Shown here: positions 55,600 through 64,000 of the stretch, one piece after another
Numbering within the stretch: the stretch's first letter is position 1
How the letters are laid out: each line of letters opens with the position of its first letter
IMG/VR virus record: IMGVR_UViG_3300037258_000590
Location: 124,001-188,000 of that record
Length of the DNA: 64,000 nt
Direction: 5' to 3' (one strand)
The notes under the pieces: generated by a model
The model's input: only the letters and a program-made list of their open reading frames with translations
Databases searched by the model: none
Told to the model about the DNA's origin: nothing
Program-made: the position numbers and the translations under genes

Positions 55600-57668
55600 G
55601 CAAGGTCTGCTACGAACAGCAGCGGTTCACCGATGCCGCCGGGGACGTCATCACCCAGGCTGAGGCGTTCTGCGCGCAATACGCAGCCCAGGGCTGGGAG
55701 CTAACGCTGCGCCAGCTGTACTACCGGTTCATCGCCACCAACACTTTCCCGGACAGCCGGACCGATCCGGTGTCGGGCACTAAGAACACCGAGCGGAATT
55801 ACAAGTGGCTGGGCGACCTGGTATCCAAGGCACGGGTGGGCGGCCTGATCGACTGGCGGCATATCACCGACAGGGGACGGGGGACAGCAGGCGGAGACAG
55901 CGGCTGGCAAAGCCCGGAGTCGATGCTGCGCAGCGCAGCGCGCGGCTACGGGATCACCCACTGGGACGGCCAGCCAGAGTACATCGAGTGCCTGCCACCT
56001 GATCAGGTGATCATCACCAGCGAGGGCGTAAAACCAGTCATCAAAGTGGAAGCCGGCGATCTCGTCCTGACCGGCAAAGGCCGGTTCCGCCCGGTGACCC
56101 GGGTCCTGGCACACGAATACGACGGACCGATGATGACGATCCGCGCAACCGGGCTGCTTCCGTTCCAGGTAACCGCCAACCACCCGGTCTGGACAGCTCA
56201 CTACGACACCTCCAAGCCGGGCTGCAAAGGCGCGACCCGGAAATTCAGCGCAGAGGGATTCGACCGGGCCGACAGCTTGCGCCCGTTTGACCTGCTAGCC
56301 GTCCCGGCACTATCCGAAACCCGCGCAGTCGGACCGGTCACCATGCGGACCAGCGGTAGCCGGGCACGGGTACTCACCATGCCGTGGAACACCAGCTTGC
56401 AAGCACTCATCGGCCTGTACCTGGCCGAAGGCTGCATCCGCAAGGACGGCCGCACCGTCCAGTTCACCATCGGCATGCACGAGCCTGAGCACTGGACCGC
56501 ACTGACAAGCTGGGCCGAGTCCGCCGGTGTCAGCACAAGCACTGCGGTGGACGGCGGCGCGCGACAGGTCTACCTGTATTCAGCCAGCCTGGCTGAATGG
56601 CTGCGCGAGCAATTCGACTGCGGCGCGCGGAACAAGCGCATCCCGCGCTGGCTGCTGGAAGCCCCCAGCGAGGAGCAGATGGAGGTCCTGCGCTGGTACT
56701 ACCGGGGCGACGGGACCGTGGACTACAGCACCAGCAACAGCCTGGTCGCCACCACCCGCAGCCTGCACCTAGCCCACCAGGTCGCGCTGATCCTGATCCG
56801 CAACGGCTACCTGCCCCGCGTGCAGAGCACCCAAGACCACGGCGATCCCCGGTACAGCATGGCGGTAAGCGGCCAGTCCGGTGCGGACCTGATGCGGCGC
56901 TGGGGTCACGAACCCCGCTCGCGAACCTACTCGTACAACCACATGCGAGCCGGAGACGGCCACATGGCCGCGCCCGTCCGGTCAGTCACGACCGAGCATT
57001 ACTCCGGGCTGGTCTACAACCTGGAAGTAGCGGACGACCACACTTACTGTGTGTCAGCGACCGTACACAATTGTTGGGTGGAGAAGGACGCACTATCCCA
57101 GATTATCGACCGGGCAGCCACGCGGTGGGACGTCACCTCATTCGCGTGCAAGGGCTCGCCGTCTACTTCAGCGATGCACGACGCGGCCTTGCGCCTGCGC
57201 GAGCAGGAACGTAACGGCAAGAAAACCACGGTCATCTACCTGGGTGACCATGACCCGACCGGGATCGACATCAGCCGTGACGTACAGGCCCGGCTAACCC
57301 TGTTCCGTTCGAGTGCGTACGTGGACCGGATCGCGCTGAACATGGATCAGGTACTGGAGCTGAACCCGCCGCCGAGCCCGGTCAAGGTCACCGACAGCCG
57401 GACTAACGGCTATGTCGAGACTTTCGGCACAGAGGAGTGCTGGGAGCTGGACGCGATCGAGCCGGCTGACCTGGACACCCTGATCGAAACAGCCATCTTG
57501 TCCCACCTGGACCTGGACCTGCGCCAGGCCCGGCTGGACCGCGAGGAGCAGGAGCGGGCCATCCTGACCGCCATTTACGAGAACTTCAGCCTTGTCCGCG
57601 GGTACCTGCGCGATGAAGGCCTGGCAGGCGATGAAGACGGCAACTACGACGATGACGAGGACAGCTGA
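55596..57668 (+). CDS. Spo11/Top6A-like protein (winged helix plus Toprim) interrupted by an intein
   Basis: LTLRQLYYRF candidate catalytic Tyr; extein YIE|CWVEKDAL; Toprim IYLGDHDPTG; WELDA. Confidence 0.75.
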   Translation: MSKVCYEQQRFTDAAGDVITQAEAFCAQYAAQGWELTLRQLYYRFIATNTFPDSRTDPVSGTKNTERNYKWLGDLVSKARVGGLIDWRHITDRGRGTAGGDSGWQSPESMLRSAARGYGITHWDGQPEYIECLPPDQVIITSEGVKPVIKVEAGDLVLTGKGRFRPVTRVLAHEYDGPMMTIRATGLLPFQVTANHPVWTAHYDTSKPGCKGATRKFSAEGFDRADSLRPFDLLAVPALSETRAVGPVTMRTSGSRARVLTMPWNTSLQALIGLYLAEGCIRKDGRTVQFTIGMHEPEHWTALTSWAESAGVSTSTAVDGGARQVYLYSASLAEWLREQFDCGARNKRIPRWLLEAPSEEQMEVLRWYYRGDGTVDYSTSNSLVATTRSLHLAHQVALILIRNGYLPRVQSTQDHGDPRYSMAVSGQSGADLMRRWGHEPRSRTYSYNHMRAGDGHMAAPVRSVTTEHYSGLVYNLEVADDHTYCVSATVHNCWVEKDALSQIIDRAATRWDVTSFACKGSPSTSAMHDAALRLREQERNGKKTTVIYLGDHDPTGIDISRDVQARLTLFRSSAYVDRIALNMDQVLELNPPPSPVKVTDSRTNGYVETFGTEECWELDAIEPADLDTLIETAILSHLDLDLRQARLDREEQERAILTAIYENFSLVRGYLRDEGLAGDEDGNYDDDEDS
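55989..57071 (+). mobile_element. Class 1 intein (361 aa) with LAGLIDADG homing endonuclease
   Basis: CLPPDQ start; VTANHP block B; LIGLYLAEG and LRWYYRGDG; VYNLEV...TVHN end; +1 Cys. Confidence 0.9.
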
Positions 57669-57670
57669 CC

Positions 57671-58180
57671 ATGACCATCCGTGAGCACATCACGCACGCC
57701 GAGACCGACCTGACCAGGCAGCGCCAGTTCAGCGTCGGTTCACAGGCATACCAGGCTGTGACCCTATCGGCGATCGCGCACGTCCTGACCGCGATTTCCC
57801 TGCAGCTGGCGGAAGCCGAGCGCCCGGCTATCCCGGGCCTGCCGCCAGGCTACAGACTGGACACCGGCCAGGACCCGGCGGGCGAGCATCGGTGGGCGTA
57901 CACGGTGACCACGCCGGACGGACGGACCATGACCACGCGGCATCTGTGGACGGCGTACGCGGGCGCCCTGGGTGCTGGCCTGGATGTGGCCCGGGAACAC
58001 GCTGCGGGCATGGCACGAGAGCACGCCGCAGCAAAGGCCGCCGCGGCGTCCGCGAACAGCTGCGAGCACGGACCAGGAGCCTGTCCGCAGGGCTGCGGCT
58101 GCCGGTGCGCTACCTGCATGCGCCAGATGAAACTGAGCCCGGCGTACCCGGGCGGCGCAACGGACGCGCGGTCATCATGA
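57671..58180 (+). CDS. Hypothetical protein with Cys-rich tail
   Basis: GAGGA RBS; CEHG..CPQGCGCRCATC. Confidence 0.6.
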   Translation: MTIREHITHAETDLTRQRQFSVGSQAYQAVTLSAIAHVLTAISLQLAEAERPAIPGLPPGYRLDTGQDPAGEHRWAYTVTTPDGRTMTTRHLWTAYAGALGAGLDVAREHAAGMAREHAAAKAAAASANSCEHGPGACPQGCGCRCATCMRQMKLSPAYPGGATDARSS

Positions 58181-58527
58181 CGGCCAGCCACGACATGCCG
58201 CTATCCAGCGAGCAGTGGCCCGCGGGGCACCGGAGCCACACGGGCACCTGGCACACCGGCCAGACTGGCAGGGGCCAGATTTTCTGCAGCACCCGGGAAA
58301 GTGCGCTGGGCCGGGCGGTGCAGCTGGCTTCGATCGGCGGGCCGCTGCGGCTCAAGCACGAGATCATCAGTTACGAGGAGGTGCTGGCTCATGTGCAGCG
58401 CCCTTGAAAGCGAACTCGCAGTCTGCATAGTCCTCCTGTTCGCCATCTACATAGCCATCCTCTACAAAAAGCCCTGAAAAGGCAGACCTGACATAAAAAG
58501 CAATACAAAAAGAAAGGCAGGCCTGCC

Positions 58528-59205
58528 GTGAAAAGCACAGAAAATCCTGTTACCGGCGAAGACGGATCCGAGCACCACCCGGCCTTCGGGATGGCTCGCG
58601 TCGGCCGGATCATGTCTACCCCGGGACAGGTGCTGTTCCAGTCGGATATCCGGCACGGCGAATACATAGAAATAACCGTGAGCGAGGCATCGCGCCGCCG
58701 CGATCTCAAACACGATTGGGTACATCCTGAGCAGGTACTCATCAAGTTCTGCCTGTCGATAGCACAATTCGCCTCGTTCATCGCCAGCAGCAGTACCGAA
58801 GGTGTTCCTGTCACGATCGGTTACGATCACGGCGACCGCCCGGGACTGCCTGCCGGATCCCGGCTTGCCCTGACCAGCACGGAAGTACACGCAGCAGCTC
58901 ATGAGGCGTTCCGGCACATCCAGGAAGCTGAAGCAGCCTACGAGGAAGCGCTGACAGGAAAAGCACCGGCAGCAGAACGCAAACGCCTCCTGGCAAACCT
59001 GCGCGCTGCGATCAGGGGTGCGGTGCCTAACGTGGATTACGCGGCTGACCAGCTGACCAGGCACGCAGAAGAAGTCGTGGAGAAATCCCGCGCGGACATC
59101 GAGGCAATGGCTGCTGCCGCCAGGAACCGGCCGCAGCTGCCCGCGCAGGAGACACCGCAGCTGCTGCACGCAGAAGCATCCCCGGCAGAATGCCAGCCGC
59201 GATGA
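58528..59205 (+). CDS. Conserved phage-type protein
   Basis: HPAFGMARVGR...LFQSDIRH...RDLKHDW...SIAQFASFI...GVPVTI. Confidence 0.75.
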   Translation: MKSTENPVTGEDGSEHHPAFGMARVGRIMSTPGQVLFQSDIRHGEYIEITVSEASRRRDLKHDWVHPEQVLIKFCLSIAQFASFIASSSTEGVPVTIGYDHGDRPGLPAGSRLALTSTEVHAAAHEAFRHIQEAEAAYEEALTGKAPAAERKRLLANLRAAIRGAVPNVDYAADQLTRHAEEVVEKSRADIEAMAAAARNRPQLPAQETPQLLHAEASPAECQPR

Positions 59206-59411
59206 ACAGACGCGAGCAAGGCAAAGTAATGCCGCTGGAACAACGATGCCTGTACCCCGGACGATGGATAATCGAAGGTTACGGTGTATACCAGCGCAAA
59301 GGCCGCAGAGCAGTGAACTGGCAATCCGAATGGCACGTCATCGGACACCCAGGCGTGATCCGGCGAACCCTGCCAGAAATCAGGGACTGGATCCGGGAGC
59401 AGGCGCAATGA
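59202..59411 (+). CDS. Small protein, paralogue of 50742-50963
   Basis: ATGA overlap; shared motif. Confidence 0.6.
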   Translation: MNRREQGKVMPLEQRCLYPGRWIIEGYGVYQRKGRRAVNWQSEWHVIGHPGVIRRTLPEIRDWIREQAQ

Positions 59412-59794
59412 CCAGGCAGCTAGGCAGTTATTACACGGTCACCCCTGGCCAGGGCGAGCCGGAGTTCTTCGATCGCGCGAACGGCCTGAAGGGCCTGGGG
59501 CTGGCCATGGGCCGCGCCGCGCACCTGTCGATGGCCGGGATCGCACAGCAGGTGACGGTGACCGCGAACGGTACCGCCAAAGTAATTTTCGAGTACCGGG
59601 AAGGCAGGGAAACATTGCGCTCGTGCACGGGATTTGTCCCGGCCGGGAAAACGATACCAGCTCCGCCGGTAACGGCTGAAACCGTGATCACAGACCTGGC
59701 GGCCCGTCGCCGGTCCCGGCCGCGCAGGCGCCCGGCCAAGGCAACGTGGCCCGGCCTGGACCTGGCCGACCCGCCATGCAACCGCACAGGCTGA
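59408..59794 (+). CDS. Hypothetical protein
   Basis: ATGA overlap. Confidence 0.6.
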   Translation: MTRQLGSYYTVTPGQGEPEFFDRANGLKGLGLAMGRAAHLSMAGIAQQVTVTANGTAKVIFEYREGRETLRSCTGFVPAGKTIPAPPVTAETVITDLAARRRSRPRRRPAKATWPGLDLADPPCNRTG

Positions 59795-60098
59795 TCATGC
59801 GCACCAGCGAGAGGCTGCTAGCCCGGCTGCAGGAAGCTGGCGCGGACTTGCCGCCGTGCACCGAACTGCGGCGCACGTACCGGAACCGGCAGACCGGGAT
59901 CGGTGCCTGGTCGTGGTTCGCGTACTGCCCGCTGTCCCTGGCTGACCCGGAGCACGGACGGCACGTGGACTTGCACGTGGGCTCGCACTGGCCGATGGCC
60001 GCCCTGCTGGCCAGCGAAGGATTCACCTTCCAGGAACTGGACTGCGGCGGCATCTGCGTAGACCCTGCACTGACAGCGAACGACAGGAGAACAACCCC

Positions 60099-60503
60099 GT
60101 GACCACCGCACCGCAGCCCAGCTGGATACCGGAGATTGCCGCGTCCGAACCGTACCGCGTACCGGTAATGGCCTGTGACATGCTCGCGTGGCGCCTGCGC
60201 CAGATCGGGGTCAGCGCTGCCCTGATCAGCCAGGTAGCCGCGCTGAGCCAGGCGATCCGCACTGAGCTGGGCAACTCCGGCTCAGTGCCCGCAGAACTTC
60301 CCCGGTACGCCATCGGCACGATGATCGAGCACCGCCTGGTGCCCGCGTTCGCGATACGCGTGGAAGCGGTTCGCGAGTGCGAGATCAGCCCGAGCCGCCC
60401 CGGACCGCACCTGGCCTACCGGGTCACTGACCTGGCGGGAAACCCGAACTGGCTATGCGCGTACGACGTGCAGCTGCCGGGCCAGAACCTGCCCTGGGCG
60501 TGA
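60099..60503 (+). CDS. Hypothetical protein
   Basis: GACAGGAG RBS. Confidence 0.6.
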   Translation: MTTAPQPSWIPEIAASEPYRVPVMACDMLAWRLRQIGVSAALISQVAALSQAIRTELGNSGSVPAELPRYAIGTMIEHRLVPAFAIRVEAVRECEISPSRPGPHLAYRVTDLAGNPNWLCAYDVQLPGQNLPWA

Positions 60504-60507
60504 TCTC

Positions 60508-60765
60508 ATGACCGAACCGTTCCCGTCCGCCGTAGTCGCTGAGCTGAACCAGCGGCTAGCCGGGTGGAACGAAAGCCTGGACCGGTGGATAACCGTATTC
60601 CGGGAACAGGCGGCTAAAACCGGCGAGCAGCAGGCCCGTGCCAACGCCGGGCTTACGTTGTCCTATTTCGACGCCGATACGAAAGACTCGCTGCTGCTAA
60701 CCGCCCTCATCCGGCTAGCCGAGATGGAGCGCGGCGGAACGCGGCAAGAAAACCGGGAAACGTGA
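60508..60765 (+). CDS. Hypothetical protein
   Basis: Packed in the operon. Confidence 0.6.
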   Translation: MTEPFPSAVVAELNQRLAGWNESLDRWITVFREQAAKTGEQQARANAGLTLSYFDADTKDSLLLTALIRLAEMERGGTRQENRET

Positions 60766-61184
60766 CCTACGACGACGCGTGGCGCCCGGCCGTGCCGGAC
60801 TGGAACCCGCCCGGCCCGGGTACCTACGTGTATTACCTGGAGGTCCGTTACCCACCTGGCTCATTCGAGCCGGGCTGGCGGCCAGACTTCTGGTCTGACC
60901 CGGCGTTCCTGGCCAGCTTGTCCCGCAAAGGACGCAAAGCGCTGGCGAAGCAGACGTTCAGGTGGCCGCGGGAGCACCTGTACCTGTCGGCTTCTGGCGC
61001 GGCCAAGCGGGCCGGGACGCTGCGCTGGTTCGGCGCCGAGGTGGCGGTGCGCCGGTCAGTGCCGGTCAGGTGGCCGGTACCTGGCCCGGAGACCTGGATC
61101 ATCGACCTGAAAGTGCCCGGCACGGAATGGCCCGGGAACCCTTACCCGGAAGAATTCGACGCGTCCGGGTTGCCGAAGACCTGA
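60762..61184 (+). CDS. Trp/Pro-rich hypothetical protein
   Basis: GTGA overlap; tail duplicated at 62185-62291. Confidence 0.65.
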   Translation: MTYDDAWRPAVPDWNPPGPGTYVYYLEVRYPPGSFEPGWRPDFWSDPAFLASLSRKGRKALAKQTFRWPREHLYLSASGAAKRAGTLRWFGAEVAVRRSVPVRWPVPGPETWIIDLKVPGTEWPGNPYPEEFDASGLPKT

Positions 61185-61202
61185 CGACAGGAAGAAACGA
61201 CC

Positions 61203-61964
61203 ATGCCGGAGACGGAAGTTATCCTCGATATCTGCATGCCGGAAGGGAAGACCTGGCTGGCGCGCATTACCGGGCCAGACGAGCGCTGGGGTGTAGTGCG
61301 TGCATTCATCAACCCGGTCAGTACAAGCACGTCGAAATCAGGCCGGACCGGCCAGGCCACCTACCTGATCGGTCCCGGCATCTACGAGCGGCACGAAGGC
61401 CGCCGGAACCTGGCCGGGTTCAACGGGTTCTTCCAGGTAACCGGTGCCGGCCAGGTCGTGCCACTGAACTCAGCGGCGGAAAGCCTGAACGTCCTGGCAG
61501 CGCCAGCAGCCTGGCCAGCGAGCGATCCTGCGTTCAGGGGGGAATCCGGCCTGGACGGCCATCACGCTATCACGCCGGACGGCGCATTCACCGAGCCGGC
61601 TGCGGCAACGGAAGATCAGCTGCTAGCCGAGATAGCCAGCCTGGAGGACCAGCTGGACCGGGCGCATGCAGCACTCCAGGCCGAGCGCTTCAAAGACGTC
61701 CCGCGGTATAGCAAGGGCGACATCATACTGGTACCGCGCAAGCTGTTCGGCAAAATAACGCCGTGGGCAGCCCAGATCGCTACCGTGCACCTGGACTATA
61801 GCGCAGGTGCGGTACGCGGCGGAAAACGCTGGGAGACCCGCCTCGTCTCCTACAGTGTCTTTCTCCGGCGGCCAGACGGCACATTCGGCGGCGCCAGCGA
61901 AGGCTACCGGCACGACGAGGTGCGCCTGGCACCACAGGAACCCGCTGAGGAGCACCATGATTAG
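61203..61964 (+). CDS. Mosaic hypothetical protein
   Basis: GACAGGAAG RBS; KTWLARITGPDERWGVVRAF. Confidence 0.7.
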   Translation: MPETEVILDICMPEGKTWLARITGPDERWGVVRAFINPVSTSTSKSGRTGQATYLIGPGIYERHEGRRNLAGFNGFFQVTGAGQVVPLNSAAESLNVLAAPAAWPASDPAFRGESGLDGHHAITPDGAFTEPAAATEDQLLAEIASLEDQLDRAHAALQAERFKDVPRYSKGDIILVPRKLFGKITPWAAQIATVHLDYSAGAVRGGKRWETRLVSYSVFLRRPDGTFGGASEGYRHDEVRLAPQEPAEEHHD

Positions 61965-62223
61965 CCCGGATCAGCGCGCTGGTGAACTAGCCCGGCAGTA
62001 CGAGGAAGGCGGCATCACCGCCAGGGCGGCCCGCGGCGGCGGCATCATCTACGCCAGGGACACCGAAACTGAGGCCGTACTGCGGCAGCTATCCAGGAAT
62101 CGCGCACCCAGGGGGGAATCCGGGCCGGCCGCGATAGATCCGGTCAGCGCGAAGATGGCTGGCGCAGAGCCACCGCCGAAGCGAACCTGGGTCATTGACC
62201 TGAAGGTGCCCGGCGCGGAATGA
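61957..62223 (+). pseudogene. Chimeric ORF truncated by TGG>TGA
   Basis: Fuses the 54319-type and 61092-type patches; the Trp codon of the 61092 copy is TGA here. Confidence 0.5.
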
Positions 62224-62502
62224 CCTGGCAACCCGTATCCGGAAGAATTCGACGCCTCCGGGATACCGAGAACCTGACGACAGGAGAAACGCTCATGCCA
62301 CCCGCGGAAAACGAAAAAAGAAAGAACGCGCTGCCTGCCATTCAGCTGATTGTGTACATCAACGACGCCCTGGCCGCGATAGCTGCTCAGCTAGAGGCAG
62401 CAGGCGTAAGCTCCGCAACCGTAAGAAAACTGCGGAACGCGGGCTTCACCTGAGCAGCGGCGTATAACAGGACGACAACGTACACGAGGAACAGGAGACA
62501 CA

Positions 62503-62892
62503 GTGGAAGACATCACATGCCTGGGCGGCGCGCCCCGGTACATCAACATGGACGCCGGGCCAGCCGAAGATATCACCCGCGACATCGCCGGGGCCATCGG
62601 CGCGGCCCGCGACGGCAGCCGTACCCTGATCCGCTGGGAGGGAAAGACGCTCGCCGTGATCAGCCCGGTGGCGGGCAGCCCCGGCGCGGAGACCGTCACC
62701 GTCACGGTCAGGTTCGCCGACCGGGCCGAGGCCATCCCGCTGGCCGTGAGCCGGGCCCGCGAGCTGTACGGCGACGACGCTCCCCTTACCGTGGTCAGTG
62801 TCGGGAAGATCTGGTCCGGGAACGGGCCGTCCAGGTTCCTGGCCGACGTCACCCTGCGCTGCGATGAGCTGCCCGCGGAGCTGGCCCCGTGA
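62503..62892 (+). CDS. Hypothetical protein, possible Phd/YefM-like N-terminus
   Basis: ACAGGAG RBS; TLIRWEGKTLAVISPV. Confidence 0.45.
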   Translation: MEDITCLGGAPRYINMDAGPAEDITRDIAGAIGAARDGSRTLIRWEGKTLAVISPVAGSPGAETVTVTVRFADRAEAIPLAVSRARELYGDDAPLTVVSVGKIWSGNGPSRFLADVTLRCDELPAELAP

Positions 62893-63272
62893 GGCCGCGG
62901 GTCCCCGCGCGGCGCGCCGGGAGCATCGTCACCCCGCACGAGGTCAAGGTGCGCCGGTACCTGGAAGGCCAGGGGTACAGTGCCGACGAGGCACACATGG
63001 CCGTCGCGCGGGCCATCACCAGCGAGACCGGCAGCTACCCGCTGCGCGACCACTACGTCTACTTCAACGGCATCCAGTACGCGTCCGGCCCGGCGGCGGT
63101 GCTGACGGCCGCTGACATCGCCGCTGCCGAGGCCCGCAGCCTGGACGCCGCGGTCAGCCGTGCGGTCAGCGGCCGGTACCCGACCGCCAGTTCCTCCTAC
63201 AGGAAGCTGGGCGAGGAGTTCGGCGAGCTGGGAACTCCGCACCCAGGGGGGAATCCGGGCCGGCCGCGATAA
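62889..63272 (+). CDS. Hypothetical protein
   Basis: GTGA overlap. Confidence 0.55.
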   Translation: MRPRVPARRAGSIVTPHEVKVRRYLEGQGYSADEAHMAVARAITSETGSYPLRDHYVYFNGIQYASGPAAVLTAADIAAAEARSLDAAVSRAVSGRYPTASSSYRKLGEEFGELGTPHPGGNPGRPR

Positions 63273-63487
63273 GTCCGGTCAGCGCGAAGACGGCTGGCGC
63301 GGAGCCACCGCCGGAGCGAACCTGGCTCGCTGAGCAGATCCTGTCCGCACTGGCCGGCCGGAACCGTACGCGGGCCTGCTGCTGGCAGAAATGGCCGCTA
63401 GGCACCTGGTATACGCGCGTCCTGAGCGAAACCGCATTACCTGGTTCCTGGCAGGCACGGCAGTGCCCGCGAGAAGGAGAAGCGATA

Positions 63488-64000
63488 ATGATACTGAAAC
63501 GTAAGATCACCGGCCCGGACGGAGACCGGGTACTCACGGTCATCCGCGCGGCGGGCGGGCGGCCGGTGCTGGCCGGCGGCTGCGTGCGGGATGCGATCCT
63601 GCACCCGGGGCGGCCTGCGAAAGACATCGACATCGAGGTTTTCGGCCCCGCGGACTTCGAGCGGCTGGCGTACGCGCTCACTGAGGCCGGATTCGCGCCG
63701 GGCCTGACCGGAGTCAGCTTCAGCGTCATCAAGATCCGCAGCAGCGGCACTGAGTTCGATATTGCTCTCGCGCGCCAGGATTCCAAGACCGGGCCGGGCC
63801 ACCGCGGGTTCGACGTCATTCCCGATGGGCTTCTCGGGTTCGCAGCGGCGAGTGCGCGCCGGGACTTCACGGTCAACGCGCTGATGGCCGACCCGGATAC
63901 CGGTGAGGTGACCGATTGCCACCACGGACTGGATGACCTGCGCGCGGGCGTCCTGCGGCATACCTCAGGCGCATTCACGGAAGACCCGCTGCGGGTGCTG
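63488..64000 (+). CDS. tRNA nucleotidyltransferase / CCA-adding (poly(A) polymerase family) enzyme, runs off the right edge
   Basis: Translated by hand: LAGGCVRDAILH...KDIDIEV...FDIALAR...RRDFTVNAL...GLDDLRAGVLRHTSGAFTEDPLRVL; AAGGAG RBS. Confidence 0.92.
   Translation, partial: MILKRKITGPDGDRVLTVIRAAGGRPVLAGGCVRDAILHPGRPAKDIDIEVFGPADFERLAYALTEAGFAPGLTGVSFSVIKIRSSGTEFDIALARQDSKTGPGHRGFDVIPDGLLGFAAASARRDFTVNALMADPDTGEVTDCHHGLDDLRAGVLRHTSGAFTEDPLRVL

Noticed and set aside
37903-63978. Long minus-strand ORFs in the right arm (e.g. 37903-38856, 42926-43828, 44729-45706, 48456-49364, 62391-63242)
   Set aside because: Antisense to RBS-supported plus-strand genes; low-complexity translations.

Overview
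High-GC (about 70%) actinobacterial mobile-element DNA; no rRNA, tRNA, CRISPR array, capsid, terminase or integrase gene was recognised. The window has two divergently transcribed arms. Left arm (1-15125, minus strand): a Streptomyces-type conjugation/spread module (TraB/FtsK-like translocase with a class 3 intein in its Walker A motif, DUF2637/SpdB-like membrane protein, TraA-like helical proteins) plus HNH, NUDIX, DUF4326, RyR-domain and PadR genes. Switch region (about 15170-16350): LexA-box-like sites, five spaced palindromes and tandem-repeat arrays. Right arm (17022-64000, plus strand): about 90 mostly short, co-oriented, phage-like genes, including DUF4192, ArdA-like, GIY-YIG, an AAA_25 helicase-like gene, a Spo11/Top6A-like Toprim protein with a LAGLIDADG intein, and the start of a CCA-adding enzyme. 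Main discovery: the intergenic repeat separating genes at 20.7-40.2 kb folds as a type II hammerhead ribozyme with a pseudoknot. There are nine apparently intact copies with covarying stems, plus mutated and truncated copies, usually right after a stop codon and just before the next RBS. This suggests an operon that self-cleaves into gene-sized RNAs. All folds and family calls were made by eye and need computational and experimental confirmation.
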